From NCBI RefSeq assembly GCF_964194025.1, contig NC_134479.1:16988001-17052000 (forward strand): a DNA stretch of 64,000 nucleotides. Reading direction: 5' to 3'. This DNA comes from Convolutriloba macropyga. Taxonomy: Eukaryota. The first letter of the stretch is position 1. Each line of letters begins with the position of its first letter. The position numbers and the translations under genes are program-made. Positions 23,983 through 35,569 of the stretch are shown here, in pieces. The notes below the pieces were generated by a model that made no database searches, had not been told where the DNA came from, and worked only from the letters and a program-made list of their open reading frames with translations.

Positions 23983-24767
23983 ACCATCTCTAATGCTTAT
24001 TGGTATTGATAGTAGCCCCTGTAGCCTCTCTCTAAGAAACAGAAGTACGTTATGTTCAACTACGAAATGCCATCAAAATAAATCGGACTTAAAAAATGTT
24101 TTTGTAAAAAAAATCTTTTTTTTTAATCTTTTTTTTCCCGATTCCCTCATAGGCCGTTCTAGGTCTAGTTGTTTGTTGAGTCAATGAAAATTCTTTGAAC
24201 TGTGCGTCAGGACTTGTCCTGCTATGTTTTTTTAATTTGTCTCCATCGATGGTTCTTACGACCTGACTTCTTGGAATTGACTTTTTCAATGACTTCTACA
24301 GCTTTGCAGTTAAAATTTGTGTGCGTGACGACATTTCTGCTTTTAATATCAATTTTGCAAAAGCTCTTTTAGGGCTTTTTCCTGATAGGTTGTATGTGTC
24401 ATAAAATTGCCAGTCCGAATCTAACCCAAAAAGTCTAGTTGTCTATTAAAGGACTGGTGGTCGATCTGTCTATCTTATTTCTTTAGTTGTTACAAATCAT
24501 GGAAAGCCACAGGCGTCTATCGTCCAGTTTCAGGAACAAGCGTCTATCGTCCAGTTTCGGCATAGCAATGCGTGCTGATTACATACGCAAGCGTTTTTTA
24601 TTAGTTTTTGGCCTAAATTAGTTATGGTCATGGAAAAGTTCATTTTCAAGTATTTGCCCAATAAGAAATTATATAAGAAAAGGTTAAAAAATGTGTTCTA
24701 TGAAGTGGAATTTTTTAATACTGGTTATTTGCTGTAGTAAATGTAGCATTGGATGCTTTTATTTCAG

Positions 24768-25391
24768 GTTGCGAGACGTCGCCATGTCAGAAACATTTAT
24801 GCTGAGAAAACGAAGAGAATCAAATTTTCCTCAGTGCATGTTGAAAATCGACTTATCGCCTCCTTAACGTACGAAAGAAGCTTCGCTATTCCAAACGAAA
24901 AAGTATTTCACATTACAGTTCTATCTGTTAGGATGAAGTTCAGAAAGTTGGGTTTGGGACAATTTCTTGTGGATGAAGTTAAAAGCAAGAAAGACAAATT
25001 CGACACTTTAGCGGTTCTGGCAGACACCGATGCGGTTCAGTTTTTCAAAAAGCAGAATTTTACTCAAGATTATTTGATTTGCTCACGATATGAGGATTTA
25101 ATTGATACCTGGACCGACTGTGTTATAATGATATATATCCCACCGGTTTTGGACCCGGAGAAAATTGAGTTAGAGAAAGATCTTGAGTTTGTTGACAGGC
25201 AAACTAAATTTCTTCAAGATGGGTCTCTGAAGTTGTATCATCAGCAGTTTGGATTAGTTACCCAATTGAAAAACGAGGCAGTTGCCACCCGCAAAATCAT
25301 TGATATGCAGAAAAAGATAATTCACTCTTTGATCAAGGAAATTATGTCGAATGAAGAGAATCAACAAACTACAACTAGTAGCAAAAACTGA
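24768..25391 (+). CDS. GCN5-like GNAT acetyltransferase, coding exon 2 of 2
   Basis: Acceptor TTTATTTCAG|GTT, phase 0. Acetyl-CoA motif A VRMKFRKLGLGQFL and LADTDAVQFFKKQNF (GCN5: YADEYAIGYFKKQGF). Coiled-coil-like tail; AATAAA at 25426-25431. Confidence 0.87.
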   Translation, partial: VARRRHVRNIYAEKTKRIKFSSVHVENRLIASLTYERSFAIPNEKVFHITVLSVRMKFRKLGLGQFLVDEVKSKKDKFDTLAVLADTDAVQFFKKQNFTQDYLICSRYEDLIDTWTDCVIMIYIPPVLDPEKIELEKDLEFVDRQTKFLQDGSLKLYHQQFGLVTQLKNEAVATRKIIDMQKKIIHSLIKEIMSNEENQQTTTSSKN

Positions 25392-27661
25392 AACAAATTT
25401 TGAGTGTTCTATTCAACGTTGCAGAAATAAATGGTTGTACAATTTTTTTTTCTGAACTTCATTTTTTACAAATGATCTCAAGAATTGATACCGTTTCATT
25501 GTTCTCAGTCAAAGTTTGGAGCAATCCTCGTACTCGTGTGTCTTTTTTATGTAGAATTTAAGCATAGAAATCCACCAAGAGTAGAGATTCATCTAAATTT
25601 TGGTGAAAAGATTGATAAGTTTTGCTTATTTTCTGATTTGAGCAAATTTTCTCGTGGGAAATTTTTCGTGCGATAAATATATTATATCCACCTCATCATC
25701 AACATCATGATCGTCATTACCAGTCTTTTCCTAGGCAACTTTATTTGCTTTTTTGCTTGCTGAGTGTTAAAGTTAAAAACCAATTTCGTCTGGTCGTTAT
25801 AGTTACACTTTTCAATGTTTCTTTCCGCCGTTGGTTTGAATTGAATGTTTGATCGCTGTTGAACGAAAGTATTGGTGACATGTATGTTCTTTTTAATTCA
25901 GAGTTTTTGCCTAATCCTTTTTGCGCGTTCTAGAAGATTCTTGGACATCCTTGAACATTCTTGAATTTTGACGCTGGTCGTCATTTTTGAGTGATCTCAT
26001 TTGCTCTCACTTCGAAGTAAAGTTTGTTGCTGAAATGAAAACAAATGTAGGTTAGCAAAGCACAAGGGTCTGATAGCCGAGTTGTTAAGCTTCTGTCGAG
26101 AATGCTGAAGGTCGGTGTTGGAATGTCACAGCATTTATTTGCACTTATGAAAAATTCATTTAGGCTACACCCTCTGAATTTAAGTGCCCCGCCTGTCATT
26201 CTAGAGCTTTTTCTCCGACGTTGTAATGGGTTTATCTTCTCTTAACTCATATTTGATGGTTTTTTCAAGTGTGTAAGATCTACTGTTAATATGACGAATT
26301 TTATTGAACTTTTGAAAAAATCCAGGTGCGATTGTATTGTTGCTGTAGTCCTAACCTGTTTCGTATCGGGTGTAGGTTCGTTTAAGAATGGGGTGAATTG
26401 AACTGTACATCTGTTGCTCTCAAAAAGTTATCTTTCTTAGAATGGCCAACCAGTTATTGAAAAAGTGTGATTTCTTGACCGCTTTGTTGTTGTGGATAGT
26501 CCGCCATTTAGCGGGAAAATGTAGTGTCTTGGCCGCTGGAAAGCAAAGCTTTTGTATCTTCCGCTGCTTATTTCAGTTTTTATACCTGCGATAACTGAGT
26601 TGATATATTGTTTTGCTCGTAAATTTTTGTCACGGCCTGAACTCGTGAGCTTCAAATCAGCTTTGTGCATTTATTAACGCCGTTTGTTTGAATTGCGGGA
26701 GACGTGTTTCATACCTATTGGAGCAGGTTTTTCAGTCACACGAATAGATTTTTTCGTCTCGTGTGGCTTGCCGCTTTGAAAATGACCTTTTCTATCATTC
26801 TCTCTCTATCTCTGTTTGTAATTGAGTTTTCCATACTTTAATTGGAGCAGTTGAAGTCAATTGAGGACATCTCAGCCTAATTGTGGGCTATTTGAGGGCA
26901 GCCTTCCAGTAAAAAGAACTTTCTTTTTGAAATATGTTTCGGTCTGCTTTTCATTTACATTGTAAGACTAAAGGTCTACAAAACGATCGCAGGTTTTTTC
27001 AGATCTACCAGCATCTGTTTGTTCTTCTGCAACATTTTTCTTGTTTTTTTGTTCAAGATATTGCTTTGAGGAAATAGCCTGGCTGCAGACTAATGGAACT
27101 TAGGAAAGATTTGTCTTGTTTTTACGACGCATTTTTCTGTGGAGAGTTCAAAATTTCCTTTGTTTTTGAGCCTTCTTGTTGTGTTCGTACACACTTGTTT
27201 CTGTGAAAATTTAACTGAAAAAAGTTTTGATTCTATCTCTTGAAGATATCGAAAGGAAGTTGGGCGACATACATGGTGTCGGTGGCAAAATGCGTCTTTC
27301 GCGATTGTTTTTTGAGGAAAATTTGAGGAAGATGTCAGCTTGTGCTCTAAACCTATTTGAACGATAAATGAACCAGAAGTCAGCTCTGATGAAGCGCAAT
27401 TTCCCTCAAATAGCAATCAATTGTTTTCAGCAATGATGGCTCCCCAGCAGCTGATGGCTGCCATTTTTGCACAACAGGAAAAATCTTTCAACTGTCGTTT
27501 TTGATTTGAAGTTTAGGAAATAAACCTTGTTCGAAAGATAAATGCAAAGGGTGGTTGTTCGAAAGAAATGCAAAGGGAAGCCAGAAAAAAATAATTTGGT
27601 CAGTTTCTGAGCCCTAAAACAAAAACCGATTGCGAGAGAAGGCCGTGCTGATTACTGGTTG

Positions 27662-28775
27662 TTAATAGCCGCCGTCAGCCTTCTCAGCGGCTATTATTTA
27701 GGCGCTCTCCTTTTTTACAATTGAAAGAATTTGAATTGTATTGGGGCGCTGACTTTTTTAAGATCTGGGCACACATTTTCTTGATTTTTGAAGTTAAATT
27801 GAAGTAGTGATTTTGGTCACGCCGAAATAGGAAGTGGAGCGAAAAAGCGAGTGATTTTGTGACGTGGATTTTCTCACTCGAATTTTAAAATGACTAAGAA
27901 AACGGTGTTTGAACAAAAATTCGATTTCGTGGTTGTGATTTTTTTGCAAATGCGAAGTTCGTAGCAATTATTCTAAACGTGCCGGTCTTTTTTATGCAAG
28001 TTTTTTGCATGACCATTTTTGCGCTTTTCTTGTAGAACTGTCTTTGACTTCTCAAGTGACTTTTTTCTCGCTTTCATTTTTGAGTGATCTCTATTCTCAC
28101 TGTGAACTAAAATTTGTTGCTAATATAAAATCGATTGCAGCATGGCAAAAAAAGGCCTCATAGATTTAAATTGCCTCGCCTGTCGTTCGAGAACAGTTCT
28201 TCCGACATTATTCGGTTTATGTTCGCTCAATGGTGTTGCCAATCCAATTGTTGTCCAATCAAGGTCTAGCTTTTTTGTTTAGTCAATGAAAATTCTTTGA
28301 ATTGTTTCAGGAATTGTCCTGCTATGTTTTTTTAAATTCGCTTTACCTTTTGATCACGTTTTTTCACGATTTTCACGCTTGATTTCTTACTTACTTTATT
28401 CTGTGTTTCAATTGAATTTTTTTCAGTTCTTTTACGTATTCAATTATATAATGTAGAAACTCAAAAGAGCAAAATCAAAAGAAACGAGAAAATCGTATAA
28501 AGCCCGGTCATTAAGTCATATTGCATCAGGTTACCAAAATTCTTTAAAGAGATCTGGCTTTAGTATTATGCTTAAAAGCTTTCAGTTTAGAAGCTGAATT
28601 TAGTGTAATGTTAGAATCTAACCGAATATTCAGAATTTACCCACCAATTATGAAAACCTTGACACCTGGAAAAATTCAGTCAATTTCTATCTTTTAGTTT
28701 TTCTGTTTCAATTCCAATGTGCTTCAAGCGGGTCAGTGACGGCTATTTTTTGGCAATTTGGCATCTATGTTAGTC
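27662..28775 (+). mobile_element. Helentron/DINE-1-like element, family 1
   Basis: Same 5' double hairpin and ~300-bp core as 23262; 3' TGACGGCTATT plus imperfect stem-loop at ~28737-28763. Confidence 0.6.
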
Positions 28776-29754
28776 CAGGACTCTAATCGGGGAGGGTGCG
28801 GGTTGGAACCCCTACCTAGTCAGAAGATTTCTGCATAATAACAGTTTCTGTAGCCTGTGACCCCTTCTAAATTGATACCTTTGACAGTCCTTCGGATGCA
28901 ATCCGTTCGACGTTACTCTTTTTGTGTTCAATTTGATGAGGTCTGAGTAAAAATACAGTTTATATGAGGTCTTTTGGATTTGCATTTCCGCCACAACAAT
29001 TAGAATTTGAACCCTCCTCAATCTCGAAACTTGATCTGATTTTACGCTACAACTGGCAATTTCTGGCGAAAAATGTCTTGACATAAGCCGAAAGCCTCCT
29101 GGCCATGTAAAATTTTAAAATCGACCTATAAAGAAATTTATGTAACTCCTGACTAAGTCCTGACTAGGTTGTTTCAAAGTCGTGACTAGGTTGTTCTACC
29201 ACCTGCAACTTAAATTCTTTAGAATTCACTTTCCAAAAGTTATTTCATTTTTTGTGATTTGAGTAATTTAAGTGGGTTTTCTGAGAGTTCTTGAAAGCTA
29301 ATAATGTAAAGGAAAGGCAGTTTTCTGATTTTTGCGTTGAAAGTTCAGAAATTCGTTGGCTTTTTTAAAAAGTTTAAACACTTTGTATTTACTCTGTATT
29401 TACTCTACGGATATGAGCTAAACGATTTCTTTGAGTTTCAACAATGAGTCAATTCAGAAGAGCTGCTTCTGTTGAATCATGTTTTAATGTGTTAAGGTAA
29501 GCGTTAAGTAAGTCTCTTAAGTTTATGCGAGTTGGTATCTAACAGTTTAGATATAGATTCTCGAATGGTATGAAAACTTATATAGCAGCTCAAAATAATT
29601 TGCTATAAGCTTAAATACATAGACACAAAATCAGAGTTAAATTTAGATAATAATAACAGAAATGTTTTGAAGAGCTTCAGTACGTGCAGCTGTATAGAAA
29701 ATAAAAAGCTTTAATATTGTGCTTTGAATTTTCACATGAATAGAAACTAATGAG

Positions 29755-30038
29755 ATGTTTTTGACAAAACTAGCGCGAGGTAACTTGTTGAACGTCGGTA
29801 GATTTTCGGGGTTTGGCCTTATTACAAATTTGCGAGACGGATTTTCTATCCAATCTAGAACCAAGGCCACTCTTCCCGATTTGCAGTATGATTACAATGC
29901 CCTGGAACCCTATATTTGTACTGAGATTATGCAATTGCATCATGGCAAACACCATCTAAATTATGTCAATACTTACAATGCTGTGGAGCAACAATTAGCA
30001 GATGCTATCGGAGAGGGAGATACCAGTAAGGCTATCAG
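29755..30038 (+). CDS. SOD2: Mitochondrial manganese superoxide dismutase, exon 1 of 3 (233-aa model)
   Basis: Arg-rich targeting peptide, then [18 protein letters not shown]...[12 protein letters not shown]; donor AG|GTTAGT, phase 2. Confidence 0.95.
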
Positions 30039-30267
30039 GTTAGTTTTATTGAACTTCATCGAAAACTTGCTAATTTATTGCGGAACGAGGGAAATTGGAA
30101 ATATGAGTCGTGAAGCTGGCCTCTGTGTGTTCTTAACTTATGAGTCAAATATCTATACCTAAAGTATAACTAGGTTGAGGTGCTCTTTCAAATTAACTTA
30201 TAATCAGAACATCTTGAACGCACACGGAAGTGAGGGACGAGCACCGTCTAAAAAGCAAGCCAAAGTC

Positions 30268-33200
30268 TGATCATAGTCAAAATTGGACCAAGCTTAGTGT
30301 CAGCATTGCAGAGCTCAAACCACTATACAAATGAAACACTAACTTATTAGAGGGCCAATGTTGTTTGTCATGAAGGAGAGTGAGAGACAAAAAGAACAAT
30401 GAAATCAAACAAAAACAAGCATTACAAATCACCAAAACTCAGTCTATTAAAGAAACGAAAAAATGAAAATATCAGATAAAAACTTAACTAAACCAAATGA
30501 CTTGTGCTTCACCAGAACAGATATGGGACCTGTTTTTTATTGAGAATAAGTAATTAGTAGACAGAAAACAAAAAGCGATAAGTTAGAAAATACGTTTACA
30601 CTTTTTGAAAACGGTTAAATTGAAAGTCATGAAAGCAATTAGCAAACAACTGAATTCATTCAATGGCTTTATTTATACTTTCATACAAAACCTTCGAGAC
30701 CTATCATTATCCAGAATGTCATACGACTAAAAAAGGAACGAATACGGGCTTAAAATCAAAGGTATTTCAATGTTGCGAGGAAACGGCGTCGAAGCCTATA
30801 AAATAAAATTCTATTCACTAAAAATATTGCAAAAAAAAATCAATTGTACTTTCTCATTATTGCGCTCTCTCATCTCTTGTCATTATTGCGCCATTAATAT
30901 GATGATCGGACAAGACAACAAAAGAGAACCTCGAGAACTGATCAATATCAAAATAAATTTAAAAAATTTCGAAAATAATGCCAAAAAGCCATTATTTAAA
31001 TATTAAAACAGCAATGAAGACTAAACTTTAATTTACTTGAAACAGAATGCTGTGTTTCTTTTTTTTGCAGAATTCTTTTTGAGACTACGCTTAAAGATGG
31101 CATAAATAAGATTGGAAGTGGCAAATCTCAAAAAACCATCATTTTGAACTAAAAATTGGTAAATAGATTAAATGTTTTTGCTTAGGAAGCTAATTGGACA
31201 TGTCACCATCGGTACTAAGTCAAAAGACTACAATTTAAAATCGCATACAGGCAAAACTGAAAATTTCACCAAAATTTTTACACAAATGGCGTTGAAGCCA
31301 AAAAACCGTATTCTTTTCGCTAAAAATTGTTATTTTTTATTAGTCTCCATTTGGACGTAAATTTGACCTGTTGCTTCTCCATTGAAACAAGAATTGTTCC
31401 AATTCTTAAAAAAATAGCTAATTTGACCGAAAAGTTGTTATATCAAAAATAAATGATGAATTTTGAAATTTTATCGAGTTATTTTACCAAAAAACCATTG
31501 TATCAACTGAAGGCATAAGATAGTTTTTTTGTAGCTCTGTGGATAACGAATTAGATATATGAATAATCAGACTCAGTCATAAGACTATAAAATGAACCTC
31601 TACTGCTTGGAAAACTCAAAGAATTCGTTAAAAATTGAGAAAAGAGTTAGTCGGAGCCATATAAACCATGAGTTTTTAAATGAAAATAGACTGCCCTGTA
31701 ATTGGATGAAAAAATTGCAAAAAATGGTTTTAAAAGGACACCTAAAATACAATCGGAATCCTCTTTCAATGCAAAAATCAACGATGAGACCAAAACTTTC
31801 TTAGGAAATGGGGGTATAATTAGCCCCTATCTGAGTAAAGGAAGAGTGTCAGCAGTTATCTCTGCACCATCGGTGGTCAAACTGGACAATGTGGGACAAA
31901 TAGGCATTTTTGAAGATATTTTGTTATGAAATAAAGGAAAAATTGCTGAATTTTTAAAAATTTAGCTGAAAATTTTGCCAAAACAGTTGGTTCAAACAAT
32001 TCACCAACTCTTAACTTGTGAATTTCTTTGGTTCTTTAATCTGATTCTGCATTCAATCAAAGCCCGCTCTAGAAAGCTGTTAATTGTTTAGTCTACCTTT
32101 TAGAAAATAGTGGAATATGATCATAGTCAAAATTGGACCAAGCTTAGTGTCAGCATTGCAGAGCTCAAACCACTATACAAATGAAACACTAACTTATTAG
32201 AGGGCCAATGTTGTTTGTCATGAAGGAGAGTGAGAGACAAAAAGAACAATGAAATCAAACAAAAACAAGCATTACAAATCACCAAAACTCAGTCTATTAA
32301 AGAAACGAAAAAATGAAAATATCAGATAAAAACTTAACTAAACCAAATGACTTGTGCTTCACCAGAACAGATATGGGACCTGTTTTTTATTGAGAATAAG
32401 TAATTAGTAGACAGAAAACAAAAAGCGATAAGTTAGAAAATACGTTTACACTTTTTGAAAACGGTTAAATTGAAAGTCATGAAAGCAATTAGCAAACAAC
32501 TGAATTCATTCAATGGCTTTATTTATACCTTCATACAAAACCTTCGAGACCTATCATTATCCAGAATGTCATACGACTAAAAAAGGAACGAATACGGGCT
32601 TAAAATCAAAGGTATTTCAATGTTGCGAGGAAACGGCGTCGAAGCCTATAAAATAAAATTCTATTCACTAAAAATATTGCAAAAAAAAATCAATTGTACT
32701 TTCTCATTATTGCGCTCTCTCATCTCTTGTCATTATTGCGCCATTAATATGATGATTGGACAAGACAACAAAAGAGAACCTCGAGAACTGATCAATATCA
32801 AAATAAATTTAAAAAATTTCGAAAATAATGCCAAAAAGCCATTATTTAAATATTAAAACAGCAATGAAGACTAAACTTTAATTTACTTGAAACAGAATGC
32901 TGTGTTTCTTTTTTTGCAGAATTCTTTTTGAGACTACGCTTAAAGATGGCATAAATAAGATTGGAAGTGGCAAATCTCAAAAAACCATCATTTTGAACTA
33001 AAAATTGGTAAATAGATTAAATGTTTTTGCTTAGGAAGCTAATTGGACATGTCACCATCGGTACTAAGTCAAAAGACTACAATTTAAAATCGCATACAGG
33101 CAAAACTGAAAATTTCACCAAAATTTTTACACAAATGGCGTTGAAGCCAAAAAACCGTATTCTTTTCGCTGAAAATTGTTATTTTTTTTAGTCTCCATTT

Positions 33201-33968
33201 GGACGTAAATTTGACCTGTTGCTTCTCCATTGAAACAAGAATTGTTCCAGTTCTTAAAAAAATAGCTAATTTGACCGAAAAGTTGTTATATCAAAAATAA
33301 ATGATGAATTTTGAAATTTTATCGAGTTATTTTACCAAAAAACCATTGTATCAACTGAAGGCATAAGATAGTTTTTTTGTAGCTCTGTGGATAACGAATT
33401 AGATATATGAATAATCAGACTCAGTCATAAGACTATAAAATGAACCTCTACTGCTTGGAAAACTCAAAGAATTCGTTAAAAATTGAGAAAAGAGTTAGTC
33501 GGAGCCATATAAACCATGAGTTTTTAAATGAAAATAGACTGCCCTGTAATTGGATGAAAAAATTGCAAAAAATGGTTTTAAAAGGACACCTAAAATACAA
33601 TCGGAATCCTCTTTCAATGCAAAAATCAACGATGAGACCAAAACTTTCTTAGGAAATGGGGGTATAATTAGCCCCTATCTGAGTAAAGGAAGAGTGTCAG
33701 CAGTTATCTCTGCACCATCGGTGGTCAAACTGGACAATGTGGGACAAATAGGCATTTTTGAAGATATTTTGTTATGAAATAAAGGAAAAATTGCTGAATT
33801 TTTAAAAATTTAGCTGAAAATTTTGCCAAAACAGTTGGTTCAAACAATTCACCAACTCTTAACTTGTGAATTTCTTTGGTTCTTTAATCTGATTCTGCAT
33901 TCAATCAAAGCCCGCTCTAGAAAGCTGTTAATTGTTTAGTCTACCTTTTAGAAAATAGTGGAATATGA
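30268..33968. repeat. Near-identical 1.85-kb tandem duplication in SOD2 intron 1
   Basis: 30268-32117 and 32118-33965 differ at about six positions by eye; TGA microhomology at the junction. Confidence 0.97.
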
Positions 33969-34322
33969 CCTTTTAGAAACCTGTGGAATATCTTCAGTTG
34001 ATTACCATCCAGTAATGGTGAGTTATACCTGCTTGAAGATTTTTTATGGACTTAAGATATAAATCATGTGTGCAAAAGGAGATATTACCTATATTCTGCA
34101 AGAAATTGGTGGAGCATTAAATGACAGGTTGACTGAAGAAAAAAAACACCGTGGTCGATTGGGTACCAAAATAGTGTGGATGAACCTTAAAAAACTTTGG
34201 GTTGACGATAATAGTGGGCTCGACCATCTAATTAAAGTTGGGAAATTAACCCCCCCCCCCCCCCATTCAACTTTAGACTTTTCATATGGTCATTATCTGT
34301 ATTTGCCCTATTTGTGTTTCAG

Positions 34323-34503
34323 TTTGCAACGTAGTTTCACACTCAATGGAGGCGCACATTTGAACCATTCTATATTCTGGCAGAATTTGTCCCCCAATGG
34401 AGGAGGAGAACCTTCTGGAACCCTAGCGGATATGATCAAGTCTGCCTTCGGATCATTTGACGTGTTCGTTGAAGAAATGTGTTCGAAAACGATCGCTATT
34501 CAT
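34323..34503 (+). CDS. SOD2: MnSOD exon 2
   Basis: Acceptor TTTCAG|T; [23 protein letters not shown]...FGSFD; donor CAT|GTGAGT, phase 0. Confidence 0.95.
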
Positions 34504-35569
34504 GTGAGTTATACGCTAAGGCCAGTGTTGTTTGCTCGTTGTAGCTATACGAAGTGGTAGCTATTATTAATTTACTCCGGCTTTTTAAATTAAGTTCGGA
34601 TTTTTCGACATAATAGTATTTCGAAAATGCCGCCAGGTCAATTAAATTTGACAGTTGCGAATAGTAATTTAATTCTCATACCGATTCTTTGGGTTCATAT
34701 ATTTATGCTAGCAACTCATGAGAATGTAGCTATATGGGTTGTAGCGCATATGAACGTTCTAGTTGGTAGGCAAGAAGATGGGGGTTTATCCATGGGGGGG
34801 GGGGCAGATTACGTCAGTGATTATTTGCTCCCAAACGAAGTTTGTAGCAATTGTATGAGTTATGTCGGTCTCCTTTTATGCAAATTTTTGCTTGACCGAC
34901 TTTTCGTGACCCATTTAAATTTTTGTCCTCAAAAAAGGATAAGAGGTAGCGCCGAACGGGCATTAAGTTCTCTTAGAACCTTTCAGCTCACTAGTCTCCA
35001 AGTATGTGACTCACAGAAACTGTTTTGGATACTTATACGGGTGGTTCCAAAAGGTTGAACCCCGCCACCTCCCTCCACCCCCCACCCACATCAGCCGCCC
35101 TCCCACTTCACCCCCCCCCCCACCAATCCCCACGCCTGCACATCGTTCAAGAGCACTTGATTTCCAATGTCAGATATATAATACCGTGGCAATGGGAGTG
35201 TGTAAATAGTAATGAATGAATAGAAATAACTGAAGTGAAAAAAAGAACTCCTGGACAAAACGTAGATCAAGAAAACTCAAAGTCTCTCCATGACAGGCCT
35301 CGATACCTAATTTTGTTGGAATAGTGAAACTTCTCAGTGAAAGGTCCTTATTTTATAGTGTTGTCTTAACATTCTGCAAATTCTCGCTCTTTTTGAAAGC
35401 GTTTGATATTATGAAGTCATTCCATGAGCTCACTGCACTTGCGAAAAAACAATTTCTTGAGCAGTTAGTTTGAACTTTACGTTTAAAATGAATTTTTTCC
35501 GAGCGTTTGTTTTGGTGATATTTGATTATTGCAGCATTCAGATTATGAAAAGCAGGAACTGTTTTGAGT

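Noticed and set aside
30770-33777. Identical short ORFs repeated twice (78, 70 and 75 aa)
   Set aside because: By-products of the intronic tandem duplication; no motifs or splice support.
34066-34322. N-terminal part of the 164-aa ORF preceding SOD exon 2
   Set aside because: Intron read-through containing a poly-C run; the true acceptor is at 34322.
34501-34503. His in IHGSGW taken as loss of the catalytic outer-sphere Gln
   Set aside because: That position is Q119; the catalytic Q143 (NQD) is intact in exon 3.
34627-35219. 143-aa and proline-rich ORFs in SOD2 intron 2
   Set aside because: Built on G/C homopolymer runs; no recognisable domain.
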